Of a stretch of DNA of 64,000 bases, positions 38,892 to 51,797 are shown in pieces. Location: assembly GCA_951406725.2 (NCBI GenBank), contig OX597815.1:5022001-5086000 (forward strand). The letters run 5' to 3'. A program made the position numbers and the translations under genes. Every line of letters begins with the position of its first letter. Positions within the stretch are counted from its first letter, which is position 1. Origin of the DNA: Octopus vulgaris. Its lineage: Eukaryota. The notes beneath the pieces are model-generated. The model did no database searches. It saw nothing but the letters and a program-made list of their open reading frames with translations, and had not been told where the DNA came from.

Positions 38892-39285
38892 GCAGGAGTG
38901 GCTGTGTGGTAAGTAGCTTGCTAACCAACCACATGGTTCCGGGTTCAGTCCCACTGCGTGGCATCTTGGGCAAGTGTCTTCTGCTATAGCTCCGGGCCGA
39001 TCAATGCCTTGTGAGTGGATTTGGTAGATGGAAACTGAAAGAAGCCTGTCGTATATATGTAGATATCTATATATATGTGTGTGTGTGTATGTCTGTGTTT
39101 GTCCCCCTAGCATTGCTTGACAACCGATGCTGGTGTGTTTAAGTCCCTGTCACTGAGCGGTTCGGCAAAAGAGACCGAAAGAATAAATACTGGGCTTACA
39201 AAGAATAAGTCCCGGGGTCGATTTGCTCGACTAAAGGCGGTGCTCCAGCATGGCCGCAGTCAAATAACTGAAACAAGTAAGAGAA
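38892..39285 (+). mobile_element. SINE family A, full length
   Basis: Matches 60881-61300. Confidence 0.85.
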
Positions 39286-40021
39286 AAAATCGAAAAAGAA
39301 AGAATAATATGAAATACGCTTTAGTTGTCAGATAAATTCGTTCTTTTATTTCTGCGTGCCACACTTTCGTCCTGTAACTGAAGAGGTAAAAATATTTCGA
39401 AACTCTAAAACGATAAACTAACTTTATAAAGGAAGAAAAGATACGCAAAAAAGATCGTAAAACACTACGATAAAAAATAGTTTCCTTGTTTATTCAAATT
39501 AAATTGGAAACGATTAAAAGGGGAAACGAACGAATTCATCTGACAAACTGATATAACAAACGAAAAATATAATTACAAGTAAAAAAGAAAATAAATTAAA
39601 AATGACAAAACACAACGACTCATTAGAGATGGTTTGTTGATTTGCTTTTACATATATATATATATATATGTCTATATATATATATGTATGTTTTATTGGG
39701 TAATTTGGTTTTGTGTACATAGAGAAAAATATCAAAGTTTATGGACAACAGTGAGCAAAAGCGACGCTGCCTTTGTAACTCTGCAATTCCACGAGGTCTT
39801 GTAGAATTCTGATAGTATATTATTTATTCCTTTGAATGCGAAGGTTATTAAATCACTGCTTTATGAAATCATTGATTGGTTGGTGAGCCTTGCTTCCACA
39901 CCGCAACATTGACATCCATAGTGGTAGGGTGCTGGAACACATACATACATATATCTATAACTTATATATAAATGTATATATATATATGTATGTATCTAGA
40001 TACAAACATACATATATATAT

Positions 40022-40096
<75 letters not shown>

Positions 40097-40182
40097 CATA
40101 TATATATACGCATATATTAAATTATATACATGTATACATAATATATATTTATGTGCTAAATTAATATCTGTATATATGTATC

Positions 40183-40226
<44 letters not shown>

Positions 40227-40503
40227 ATATATAAATATATATATATGCATACATATATATTCATCTGTATATACAATATATACATGCGTGTATATATGCA
40301 TTTTCTATATTTAAGCATATGTACTATATATGATATACGCATACATGCTTACATACATATTTATATATATGTATGTATGCATATATATTATGTATGTGTA
40401 TATATGTGTGTAATATATATCTGCGAGTGTGTGTGAGCCTATGTATGGATGTATGTGTATTGGGAAAAGAAGGCGGGTAGCAGATTCTATAGGTTTCTGG
40501 AAT

Positions 40504-40565
40504 TTAGGCAGTTCCACGTCCACGCAAACCTCCTACAAACTCGTCCATTGAAATCACTCCATCAC
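40504..40565 (-). CDS. Terminal coding exon of the same EF-hand protein gene
   Basis: The acceptor is tcttttttctcatttcag|. The phase-1 continuation (G)DGVISMDEFVGGLRGRGTA* completes the canonical 12-residue loop D-T-N-G-D-G-V-I-S-M-D-E followed by F. Candidate minus-strand AATAAA near 39823-39828. Confidence 0.85.
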
Positions 40566-40967
40566 CTGAAATGAGAAAAAAGATACAGATATATTTCAAT
40601 AGAAACATCATAATATTATACGTATATAGCGGGTTACTTTTTATAGTCACCTGTTTTTCTACAACAGTTAGAGTAGTTGATATAATCGTTATTTTAACGC
40701 TGCTTATTTTACACTCATTTACGAGTGTATATTGATAAAGCTGTCCCTTAACTTGTAAAGGATATCAATAAATATTATCTCTCGAGTTAAAATGTACATC
40801 ATGTTAGCGCAAGTCTTGTACGGACATTAATGTACTCATATACGTATGTTGAAGAGCGTGTCCTAATTACGGACCGCTATAAAAAAACGTTACAGATTAT
40901 TAAACAGAATTAAATATGTTAAACAGGTTGGGAAGAATTGAAGATGAAATATCTTTTTATATAGTTT

Positions 40968-41300
40968 AGGAGTATCTGTGTGGTAAGTAGCTTGCTTACC
41001 AACCACATGGTTCTGGGTTCAGTCCCACTGGCACCTTGGGCAAGTTCCTTCTACTATAGCCTCGGACAAACACAGACACACAAACATCCACACACACACG
41101 CGCACACACTCACATATATATATATATACCTATATACGACGGGCTTCTTTCAATTTCCGTCTAACAAATCCACTTACACGGCTTTGGTCGGCCCGAGGCT
41201 ATAGTTGAAGACACTTGCCCAAGGTGCCACGCAGTGGGACCGAACCCGGAACCATGTGGTTCGTAAGCAAGCTACTTACCACACAGCCACTCCTGTGCCT
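40968..41300. mobile_element. Two SINE family A 5' parts in inverted orientation
   Basis: Plus head at 40968-41065 joined to a minus copy at 41065-41300. Confidence 0.7.
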
Positions 41301-41901
41301 GGATAAAAAAACAAATGTAGAAGCAATAACATTGATGATCGTAAATATGGAGAAACAGGTGGTGGATGAGATCTTTCATTTTATGGCATACCCCAAGCGC
41401 AGAGAGTCCGATAGTGTACCATCTAAGTGACATGTCAGCTATCGCTGTCTGAGTAAATGATTTATTCGTTTCATTCAAATGTATTAATTATGTACAAAAT
41501 TATGCATTAAACACAGAATGATTATATGGTTGATAATGTTTGTAATTATTCCGTCAAAACAGCTGTAGGGCAAAACAAATGAAATTTTGAAATATCATTG
41601 AGTTCTTTGTTTTCTATTCGAAATATTTTGCACTGAACAACCACTTTAACCATGTTTAACTATTTTAACTTATTCCCCCTAAGATTATTTATGCATTGAA
41701 GACGCAAACGAACACATGTGTGCGTATGGATACACATTCCCACTTAAAAATCTCCGCCAATCTGCCAATTTGTTTATTCATACTTAAGAAGCAGTCCGAT
41801 TATTATTTTTCTTAGCTTTGTGACAACCCTGACAAGTAGACAGATCAATAACCAAAGGCGCTCCAACCGTGACTTGCGACTGTTTGAGCAGCAGTGACTA
41901 G

Positions 41902-42295
41902 TGGAAGCGCAATGGCCCAATGGTTAGAGCAGCGGACTCGCGGTCGGAGGATCGTGGTTTCGATTCCCAGACCGGGCTTTGTGTGTGTTTATTGAGCGAA
42001 AACACCTAAAACTCCACGAGGTTCCGGCAGGGGGTGGTGGCGACCCCTGATGTGCTCTTTCGCCCCCAACTTTCTCTCACTCTTTCTTCCTGCTTCTTGT
42101 CCCCGACTTCCTACGCAACCGCTGAGCCTGGATGCGCATTCATCCATCGGTCGATGCTCTCGGTGTCGGGGGTTGACCTGCTTTCTCTTCTGCGGGTCTT
42201 ACGAATAGCAAAGGACCACGTTTCGGACTTCTCCCACTACAGACATGGGACGAAGACCGCTTCGCTTAACAGCAACAGCAACAACAACAGCAGCA
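41902..42295 (+). mobile_element. SINE family D, tail type 4 with (CAA/CAG)n end
   Basis: Head as at 33800; tail as at 54870-55100. Confidence 0.8.
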
Positions 42296-42713
42296 GTGAC
42301 TACCATTTCCAACATATCCTTCTATGTTTAAGACCGTAGGGTATGATTGGAGGTGATTTGACTTTTATTTCTAACTGTAATAACAGTTTGACTGTTATTT
42401 GTATAGCTGTTCTGATGTCTACCCCACATATGGTTCGGTTCATGTAGATTAATTAATATCGATCAATTAATATTCATCTATGATTAACGATTAATTAATA
42501 AAGTAGACTGCAATATATATATATTTATAATTTTCATTTTTCAGGTCATTATTTAGCGTCAAATGTAAATTCTAACCAAGATAAAAACTTGTTTCACTTT
42601 GATGCTTCCATTTTAATTTCACACATACACAAACACACACTCACACACTGATACACACACACGTAGTGTGTGTATGTATATATCCGCATGTGCGTGTGTG
42701 TGTGTACATGTAT

Positions 42714-42757
<44 letters not shown>

Positions 42758-42778
42758 GGGTATGTAATATATACACCC

Positions 42779-42822
<44 letters not shown>

Positions 42823-42844
42823 GGTATATATTACATACCCATAT

Positions 42845-42943
42845 ATGCATGTTTCGGCAATACTTATACTTAAATTGGAACGATACAAAGAAGATTAGCA
42901 TGACCCCCCCCCCCACAAATTCGTGAAGCGCTCCATATTTTTT
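42845..42943 (+). pseudogene. U6: U6 snRNA retropseudogene
   Basis: atgcatgtttcggcaatacttatacttaaattggaacgatacaaagaagattagcatg...caaattcgtgaagcgctccatattttt aligns end-to-end with U6. The ACAGAGA box is mutated to ACAAAGA and the ISL is replaced by poly-C. Confidence 0.9.
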
Positions 42944-43160
42944 GTGTCTGTGTTTGTTCCTCTACCATCACTTGACAACGGATGTTGGTATGCTTACGTC
43001 CCCGTAACTTAGCGTTTCGGTAAAAACAAACAAAAAAAAAAACGATAGAATAAGTACTAGGCTTACAAAAAATAAGTCCTGGGGTCGATTATATCGACTG
43101 AAGGCGGTGCTCCAGCATGCCCGCAGTAAAATGACGGAAACAAGTACAATACAAGAGTAA
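42944..43160 (+). mobile_element. SINE family A 3' half directly joined to the U6 3' U-tract
   Basis: gtgtctgtgtttgttcc...cttgacaacggatg...ggcggtgctccagcatg. Confidence 0.8.
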
Positions 43161-43186
43161 AAAAGAGAGAATATATATATATATAC

Positions 43187-43261
<75 letters not shown>

Positions 43262-43289
43262 CAAATATACATATATATATATATATATA

Positions 43290-45055
43290 CTGGCAGAGAT
43301 ACCCGGCGTTGCCCGGTTACATTCAATTGAAGAATTAGACTTTTCTGTTATATATATATGGATACACACACACACATATATATATATGTATATTAATATA
43401 AATACATGAAAGTACATGAAGTTTGTTAAAAAAAAAGGGGATCATGTATATACCTCCTGGCTGTTGAGATTATAACACCTCATTGTAAACAATGTTCCTT
43501 GTTTTTCCTTGTGGAGCATATACAAAAAGGTTTCGTTTGGTTCCTACTCTTGAGCAGCCAACATACAGTTGCCCATGCAAGAAGCAGGGCTCTTCCAAGA
43601 GAAGACCAGCTACAGAGAGGGTTTGAACCTGAGATTTGTTAATGGACATGGCAAAGCTGACACGAAGGGGGAATTGCAGTCTTCTGAATGTAAATGGAAT
43701 TTCTGCTCCTGATGGAGTAAGAGGAAATCTTGGAATAAAGACGTCATCACCTTTTCCACATCCAGAAAGAATGGTCGCCTCGATAACGTGTGACATCATT
43801 TTCTTTATCACCAGTCGTGTTCCATTGCAAAGTCTTGGTGGTTCCAGATTGTGGAGTAGCATTACAGGAGTTCCAACTTTAAGTGCTAATATGTGTGGAG
43901 GTAGTCCAGGAGGCTCCATTGAATTGAGAAATTCCACCGTCACCACCACCAACAACAACAGCAACAATATCGCCGTTTTGCCGTCTACCATAACTGCCAA
44001 CAACAACACCATTACTACAACCTCAACCACTACAAGTGACACCAACACTACCACCAAAAACAAATCCAATTTTGCACAAGCGTTAAAAATATAAAAAGAC
44101 AATAAAAACTTCAAAAGTTTGTGTTTGGATAATATTTTTTATGTAAAAGTTGTGCAACAACTAATAAATACATTCGGTTGTGCAAATTCTTTGCACGGGA
44201 AACCTGCCTTTGTGTGGCGTGTTTCCCCATTTTGTAAATTCGTTTTCGGCTTTCTTAACCATTTTCTGTTTTGGCGTCTTCAAGCCATGAAGTCGTTGTT
44301 CTAAAAGAACGCTGGTCTCCTTGACAACGCTTACGACGTTGATTTCCTTACCCTGCCTTCCCCACAGCTTTATGAAGAAGGGAAGGAGCAACACAGGTGC
44401 AGGTGTGAGCACAGACGCCGACATCGCCACCACCACCGCCGCCGCCGCCGCCGCCACCACCACTGCCACTACCACCTCCGTCGTCGCTATTTCCACTGCC
44501 ACCGCCACCGCCGCCACCAACACCACCACCACCACCACCACACCACCACCATACTATACCTCTGCTCTCTCCTTTTGGCTACTAAATCTATTACCATATT
44601 TCACAAGTACCATCGCCATACAATATTGTCTTCAAGTTTGCCTTTTTATTGCCTTCAAAAGTTTGTGTTTGGATAATATTTTTTATGTAAAAGTTGTGCA
44701 ACAACTAATAAATACAAAATACATTCGGTTCTGCCAATTCTTTGCACGGGAAACCTGCCTTTGTGTGGCGTGTTTCCCCATTTTGTAAATTCGTCTTCGG
44801 CTTTCCTCGCCATTCTCTGCTTTGAGCATGGCGACTTCAAAGCCATGAAGTCGTTCTTCGAGAAGAACGGTGGTCTCCTTGGCAACGCTTACGACGTGTG
44901 TTTTCCCTCCCCTCCCCTTCCCCACAGCTTCACGAAGGAGGGAAAGAAGGGGAGGAGCAAGACAGGTGCAGGTGCGAGCATGGACGCCGACACACGAAGA
45001 ATTGGAAGAACCCAGACGACAGCTTCACAGTCAACCACTTCTACGGACAACTCTG

Positions 45056-45089
<34 letters not shown>

Positions 45090-47980
45090 TACCACCATGA
45101 CCACTACCACCACCACCACCACTACAACCACCACCACCACCATCATCACCACCACTATCACCTCCACCACCACCACCACCATGACCACCACCACCACAAC
45201 CACCACCACCACAGAGAGGGTTTGACCCTGAGATTTGTTAATGGACATGGCAAAGCTGACACGAAGGGGGAATTGCAGTCTTCTAAATGTAAATGGAATT
45301 TCTGCTCCTGATGGAGTAAGAAGAGTTCTTGGAATAAAGACGTCATCACCTTTTCCACATCCAGAAAGAATGGTCGCCTCGATAACGTGTGACATCATTT
45401 TCTTTATCACCAGTCGTGTTCCAATGCAAAGTCTTGGTGGTTCCAGATTGTGGAGTAGCATTACAGGAGTTCCAACTTTAAGTGCTAATATGTGTGGAGG
45501 TAGTCCAGGAGGCTCCAGTGAATTGAGAAATTCAGGAGGATAGTTCACAACTTCATTTATATCTGGAATTGTATCAATGTGTATAGTACCGGGAAGAAAA
45601 TGCGTTAGCTGTTGATTAATTTTGTTAATTGTGATTTTGGTAGTTTTGTGTGAAGTTGGGAAAGACTTTGTTTTTGAGGTCATCTACAGAATTAACAACA
45701 GAGGAAAATAACCACACTTCCATTTGTCCTGCAGCATCGAGAGGCATCTTGCCTTTACCAAGTGTCAAAATGTCCTGTGCAAACTTTGTGGACATTTTGT
45801 CACCGTGTAGCTGAGCTCTCATGTTAGTGGTGAGACTAAGGATTGTAACATGATGCCACAGGGTAGAGGACCTTAGGCATGCTTGGACTTCATCTGCTCT
45901 AGTGCCTTTGGGAATGACAGGAAGAGTTTGCCTGAAATCACCTGACAACAGAAGCGTTACACCTCCCATTGGAGCCTGACAGTCTCAGATGTCTTTCAGG
46001 GATCTATCTAATGCTTCCAAAGCTCCCTTGTGAGCCATAGTGCACTCATCCCAGACAATTAGATGACACATTTTAAGTACTTGTCCCTGATCTGAGCTTT
46101 TGTTGATGTTGCATGAAGGCATTTCAGATGCTGCTAAATTGAGAGGGAGTTTAAAAGTTGAGTGTGCTGTCCTGCCACCGGGTAACAAAGTAGCTGCAAT
46201 GCCAGAGGAGGCTACAGCTACTGCAATGTTCTGATGCTGCCTAACTTCTGCAAGGAGAAGCTTTGTAATAAATGTTTTTCCTGTCCCTCCAGGAGCATCG
46301 AGGAAGAAGATTCGTCCCTCGTGTTGGCGTACACTGTTAAGAATATTTCTGTAGGCCTGCAGCTGGTCCGGAAGTAATTTAGGCTCATTTTCAACAATGT
46401 ACTTTGAAAGCGCTTGAGTGTCGTAGGTTGTTTCACGAATGACAGCAGTGGGAAGGCTATTTGACCCTGAGCTGAATGCTTGTGGCAGGCCATACGTCGA
46501 CAATTCATTTCCACCCAGTTTAGCAATTCTGTCTTCAATGTCAATGAGTGTTTTGTTATAGATTTCATTGCTGATACCCTCCATGTCAGGATAGAGCAGT
46601 TGAGCTTGGCGCTGAAAGTCTTCAGCCAGGTTGTCTCTATATTTGAGCCATAGAGTGGCCGGATCACACAGTTCGCATGCCTGTAGTAATACTGCAAATA
46701 ATGCCATGAGACTTTTAGCTGATTGTGATAAAGCAGCCTCTCCCAAAGTTGCATCCCATTGTGCACCATCTTCTAAAAGACCTTGTCGATAGCAGGCTTC
46801 TCTGTATGTTGTGCAGACATGTCCATGAACGGTTTTTAAGGCCTGGAAAGACGTTGGCCCTCTGACCTCATGCAGTAGTAGATGAAGGTAGAAGCACTCT
46901 TGTTGAGTGGGATGCTCTGTGTATACTCGCCCAAGGCAAGTGTGAAACTTAATGCCAGGGTATCCATGAACATTTTGACCTGCTTTCCATGGGGCCCATT
47001 TTTTCCTATTCCAAGTGTAGTACGATGGAATCTGTGGATACAGCAAGGTTTGAGTGAATGGATCCACTTGACAAAGCTTGAAGAATGCAGTGAGTGTGCT
47101 ATCCCTTGGTTTCTCTGCCAACAGAGAAATATTAGCATCGGTGAAGTACACTCTTTGACCATTTTCCAGGTGCACTGCAAGCTGTTGAATGGCGGGGTGT
47201 CGTTGGTGAATTGGAAAGCCAAAGATGCACCAGAAAGCCTCGTTGCTACTTATGTACCTGATAATGCGTCACCTCATCCTGGCAGTATTCTTGTTGAAGT
47301 CCAAACATTGCAGCATCAGAACCCTTGTTTACATATTTGCAAACGTACTTGATGGATTTAACGGAGTTGCAAAACTCAACGTTGATGTGGACATTGAAAG
47401 TCTTTGACAGGAGTGAGCAGTATGGAACAATCCATCTATTATCTATATCGTGCTGTCCGATAGTTGCTGTGAAACCTCTTCTGGTTTTCTGCGTCTGTAT
47501 GATGGATACCCATCAGCACCTGTCTGAGTTTCTTGTAGAAACCTCCTTGGAAATCTTTTTGAACATATGCTGTCCTTCAAGCATAGTGAGTTTATGTTGA
47601 ATCCACGCCCACATGGACCATGTATCATGTTTGCTTTAACTATTTCGTATAGTTCTTTGTCTAAAGCTGGATCAGGAAGCTCTGCAGAGATTATGTTGTC
47701 GATGTCATTGGAATTGATCTTCGCTGAGAGCCAAAGCAGGATATGAGCATGTGAAAGGCCCCTTTTTTGCCACTCGATTGTGTACATGTCACATTGTATG
47801 AGCCCAAAGACTTGAAAGTGGAGTGAGCTGTCTTGCCGCCTGGCAACAAAGTAGCCGCAATTCCAGATGATGCCACAGCTAGGGCAATGCCTTGTGTTCG
47901 CCTAATCTCAGCCATTATTAATTTGTTGACAAAAGTTTTCCCAGTGCCCCCAGGAGCGTCCAGGAAAAAAATCCTCCCAA
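43290..47980 (-). mobile_element. Decayed, rearranged autonomous Helitron (Rep HUH domain plus PIF1-family helicase)
   Basis: Rep motifs YTIEWQKRGLSHAHIL and KYVCKYVNK; helicase motifs [39 protein letters not shown] and [11 protein letters not shown]; stop at 43470; 3' hairpin ccgggcaacgccggg and CCAG|T at 43290. Contains in-frame stops and frameshifts. Confidence 0.93.
44111..45070 (-). mobile_element. Two tandem copies of the Helitron cargo module (44111-44430, 44634-45070), each followed by (ACC)n
   Basis: Direct similarity to 17487, 20620, 21512 and (inverted) 15770. Confidence 0.8.
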
Positions 47981-48421
47981 AGGCATTTTAACAAAAATGC
48001 TTCCGTAAAGACGGTGAAAATATTGTCAATTTCCCCAAACAGGGACACAATTCAATTTTGAAACAATAACCAAAGCCCCTTCTCCGAAAGGGGGAGGGTT
48101 ACGGTTTACAATTATTTAACAAATGCAACACAACGTTTCCCTGGCGAGGAACCAACAAACGTGATTACAATAGTCAAACAGTAATAATAATAACAACAAA
48201 CCTTTTTAATTTATCCCCATTTATGTGAAACTACTTATTCAAGTTCAAGTCAATGATGCAATTTTATACGAATTGCTAATACACACACACACACATAATA
48301 AGGGTGAAAAATTGAATATTAATTTGATTAATATGAATTGGAAACCAGTGGTGTAGCATATAAGACCATAGCGGATCTTCCTCTAGCAAAAAGGATGACC
48401 TCTATTAATGGCTCATCGCTG

Positions 48422-48492
<71 letters not shown>

Positions 48493-48601
48493 CACACAGA
48501 CACACACCTTAGCTTACAATTTTCTTTCAACAATTGACGCTGTCATATATGTATATGTTTGCGTGTCTATGTGTGTAAAGAGGAAGTGGGAGTAATAGGC
48601 G

Positions 48602-49030
48602 GAGTAAAGCCTTTGAAGTGAGAGAGGGAAATCGTAAAATATTGAGTTTTCTCGAATTTTTGCTTAATTGGGGGTGAAATTGAAAGAAATTTATATGCCA
48701 TGACCGAATAGATGTACTTGGAAAAATCATAGGTAAACTCCAATTGAAGAAATTGTGTGAGGAGTAAATCGTTATGTATTTATTTGTTTCTGTTTGCTCT
48801 GTATTTTTTTTGAGTAGTGGTTTAAGGTACACTTGCAAAGAGAAAGTAGGAGAAATTATGGTAATAGCATGAGTGAAGCAGTTGAAATTAGAGAGGCAAA
48901 TCGTAAAATATTTACTTTTCTCGAATTTTTGCTTAATTGGTGGTCAAATAGAAAAAACTTTATATGCCATGACCCAATCGAATCTACTTGTAAAAATCGT
49001 AGGTAAATTCCAATTGAAGAAATTCTATAT
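48602..49030. repeat. Diverged tandem duplication (~160-bp copies, ~270-bp period), possibly a PLE remnant
   Basis: aaatcgtaaaatatt...ttttctcgaatttttgcttaattgg...tatatgccatgacc occurs at ~48630 and ~48900. Confidence 0.6.
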
Positions 49031-49177
49031 TGTAGAATTGTATTAAAAAGGAACATGGGAACAGACAGAGAAAATCTGCCTTTTATCATAAGAGATATAT
49101 AAAATATGAATTAGAGATAAAACCACTGTTACGCAATAATATAATACAATATAATATAATATAATATAATATAATAT

Positions 49178-49525
49178 GGTGGTGGTGGTGACCCCCTTCG
49201 GTCAGACACTGACCATGGGTTTGCACCTAGAGAGTTACCCTCTGAGGCACAAGTCTGGGCAAGGTTGTTTTATGGAAGACCAGTAGTCGCCCATGCATAC
49301 CAGCCTCCCCTCTCCACGCCACCAATGTTATCCAAGGGAAAGGCAAAGGGGCCGATGCAGCTTGGCACCTGTGACGTCGCAACTCATTTCTACAGCTGAG
49401 TGAACTGGAGCAATGTGAAATAAAGTGTCTTGCTCAAGAACACAACACGCAGCCCGGTCCGGGATTCGAGCTTACAACCTCACGATCGTAAGCTCGACGC
49501 TCTAACCACTGAGCCACGCGCCTTC
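49178..49525 (-). mobile_element. SINE family C, tail type 2
   Basis: gaaggcgcgtggctcagtggttagagcg head; (ACC)n end. Confidence 0.85.
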
Positions 49526-49606
49526 AATATAATATAATATAATATAATATAATATAATATAATATAATATAATATAATATAATATAATATATATATATAT
49601 ATATAC

Positions 49607-49683
<77 letters not shown>

Positions 49684-49686
49684 TAA

Positions 49687-49725
<39 letters not shown>

Positions 49726-49834
49726 TATATACATATATATATATACATATATATATACATATATATATATACATATATATATACATATATATATACATAT
49801 ATATATACATATATATATACATATATATATATAC

Positions 49835-49888
<54 letters not shown>

Positions 49889-50474
49889 ATATATATATAT
49901 ATATACCACATATACATCTACCACTCTCTAAAGCTATCTCTGTTGCACAGTGCTGACATCTAGTAGCGGCTACAATTTCCCCCCTGTCATTTATGGATTA
50001 ACCAGAAACGCTCCCATCCGTGTCCTGTCATATTGTTTGTGACATTTCGAAATGCAATCCTGCTGTTTTTACAGTTTTTACATTCTCTCCGTTTCCGCCA
50101 GGGTGCACCGAACGAACCATAACCGCGATAAACAAAGCAGAATAACAGTGTTTAATGAGACACAAAAGTCGACTTTACACGGTCTCAGCTTCACCCTCCT
50201 CCGTACACGTGACATTCTGTACAAGATAGATGACGTCAACAAACTGGTAACCTTCTAAATATCGATTTAGCTCATAAGCACAAAAACCCACACGGAAGGG
50301 CTGCGATCGATTACATCAACACCGATATCTAATAGGTTCTTCCTTTTATCGATTTCGTAACAATGAAAGATTAATCTCTACAGATTTTCTATAAGATTTA
50401 GATCCAACACAGAAAGTTCCGATGTTTGGCAACTTTCGGCGCTGTCTCTAAATTCTAAGAGAATATTTAATTCA

Positions 50475-51250
50475 TTCTTTTATTCTTTTACCTGTTTCAG
50501 TCATTTGACTGTGGCCATGCTGGAGCACTGCCTTTTCATCGAGGAAATCGACCCCTGGACTTATTCTTTGTAAGCTTGGTGCATATTCTCTCAGTCTGTT
50601 TTGCCGAACCGCTAAGTTACGGGGACGTAAACACACCAAGATCGGTTGTCAATCGATTGTGTGTGTGTGTATGTGGGGGGGGGGGGCAAACTCTCTCACA
50701 CACACACAAACTCAGACACACATATATATTATATGATGTGAAGGCGCATGGCTCAGTGATGTGATTAGAGCGTCGAGCTTACGATCGTGAGGTTGTGAGT
50801 TCGAATCCCGGACCGGGCTGCGTGTTGTGTTCTTGAGCAAGACACTTTATTTCGCGTTGCTCCAGTTCACTCAGCTGTAGAAATGAGTTGCGACGTCACA
50901 GGTGCCAAGCTGCATCGGCCCCTTTGCCTTTCCCTTGGATAACATTGGTGGCGTGGAAAGGGGAGGCTGGTATGCATGGGTGACTGCTGGTCTTCCATAA
51001 ACAACCTTGCCCGGACTTGTGCCTGGGAGGGTAACTTTCTAGGTGCAATGCCATGGTCTGTGCCGTGACCGAAGGGGTTCTCAGATATTATATGATGGGC
51101 TTCTTTCAGTTTCCGTCTACCAAATCCACTCATAAAGCTTTGGTCGGCCTCAGGCTATAGTAGAAGGCAGTTGCCCAAGGTGCATGCAGCGGGACTGAAC
51201 CCGGAACCATGTGGTTGGGAAGCAAGCTTCTTACCACACTAACACGCTTG
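50475..51250 (-). mobile_element. SINE family A interrupted by a family C SINE
   Basis: 3' half at 50475-50680, 5' half at 51093-51250. Confidence 0.75.
50739..51082 (+). mobile_element. SINE family C, tail type 2, with ~13-15-bp TSD
   Basis: Flanked by atattatatgatg on both sides. Confidence 0.85.
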
Positions 51251-51409
51251 TTGAGATAAATTTAAAATGATCGAATTGCATTGCTAACACAAAAAGATAG
51301 GACACAGCATTAATTTAGAAGCCTTTAATCTACTTGGTAGTTACATCTTAGTTGCTAAACGAAATACGGTGTCAGTAATTAATAGGTACGGAAAAATTCA
51401 GGTGGATTC

Positions 51410-51790
51410 CTGCACAAGGCTCGAAATTTTGGGAGAGGGCGCTAGTCGATTACATCGGCCCCAGTACGTAACTGGTACTTAAATTATCGACCCCGAAAGG
51501 ATGAAAGGCAAAGTCGACCTCGGCGGAATTTGAACTCAGAACGTAAAGACAGACGAAATACCTATTTCTTTACTACTCACAAAGGGCTAAATACAGAGTG
51601 GACAAACAAGGACAGACAGACGGATTAAGTCGGTTACATCGATCCCAGTGCGTAACTGGTACTTATTTAATTGACCCCGAAAGGATGAAAGGCAAAGTCG
51701 ACCTCGGCGAAATTTGAACTCAGAACGTAAAGACAGACGAAATACTGCTAAGCATTTCGCCCGGCGTGCTAACGTTTCTGCCAGCTGGCC
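51410..51790 (-). mobile_element. SINE family B dimer
   Basis: Same unit junction (cagacgaaatacc|tatttcttta) at ~51560. Confidence 0.85.
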
Positions 51791-51797
51791 CCCTTAA

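Noticed and set aside
42845-42943. Functional U6 gene
   Set aside because: The ACAGAGA box and ISL are destroyed, and the upstream region is microsatellite rather than a promoter.
45985-47175. 396-aa ORF as a host PIF1 helicase gene
   Set aside because: Intronless, joined to HUH Rep motifs and a Helitron 3' end, and broken by stops and frameshifts: a Helitron relic.
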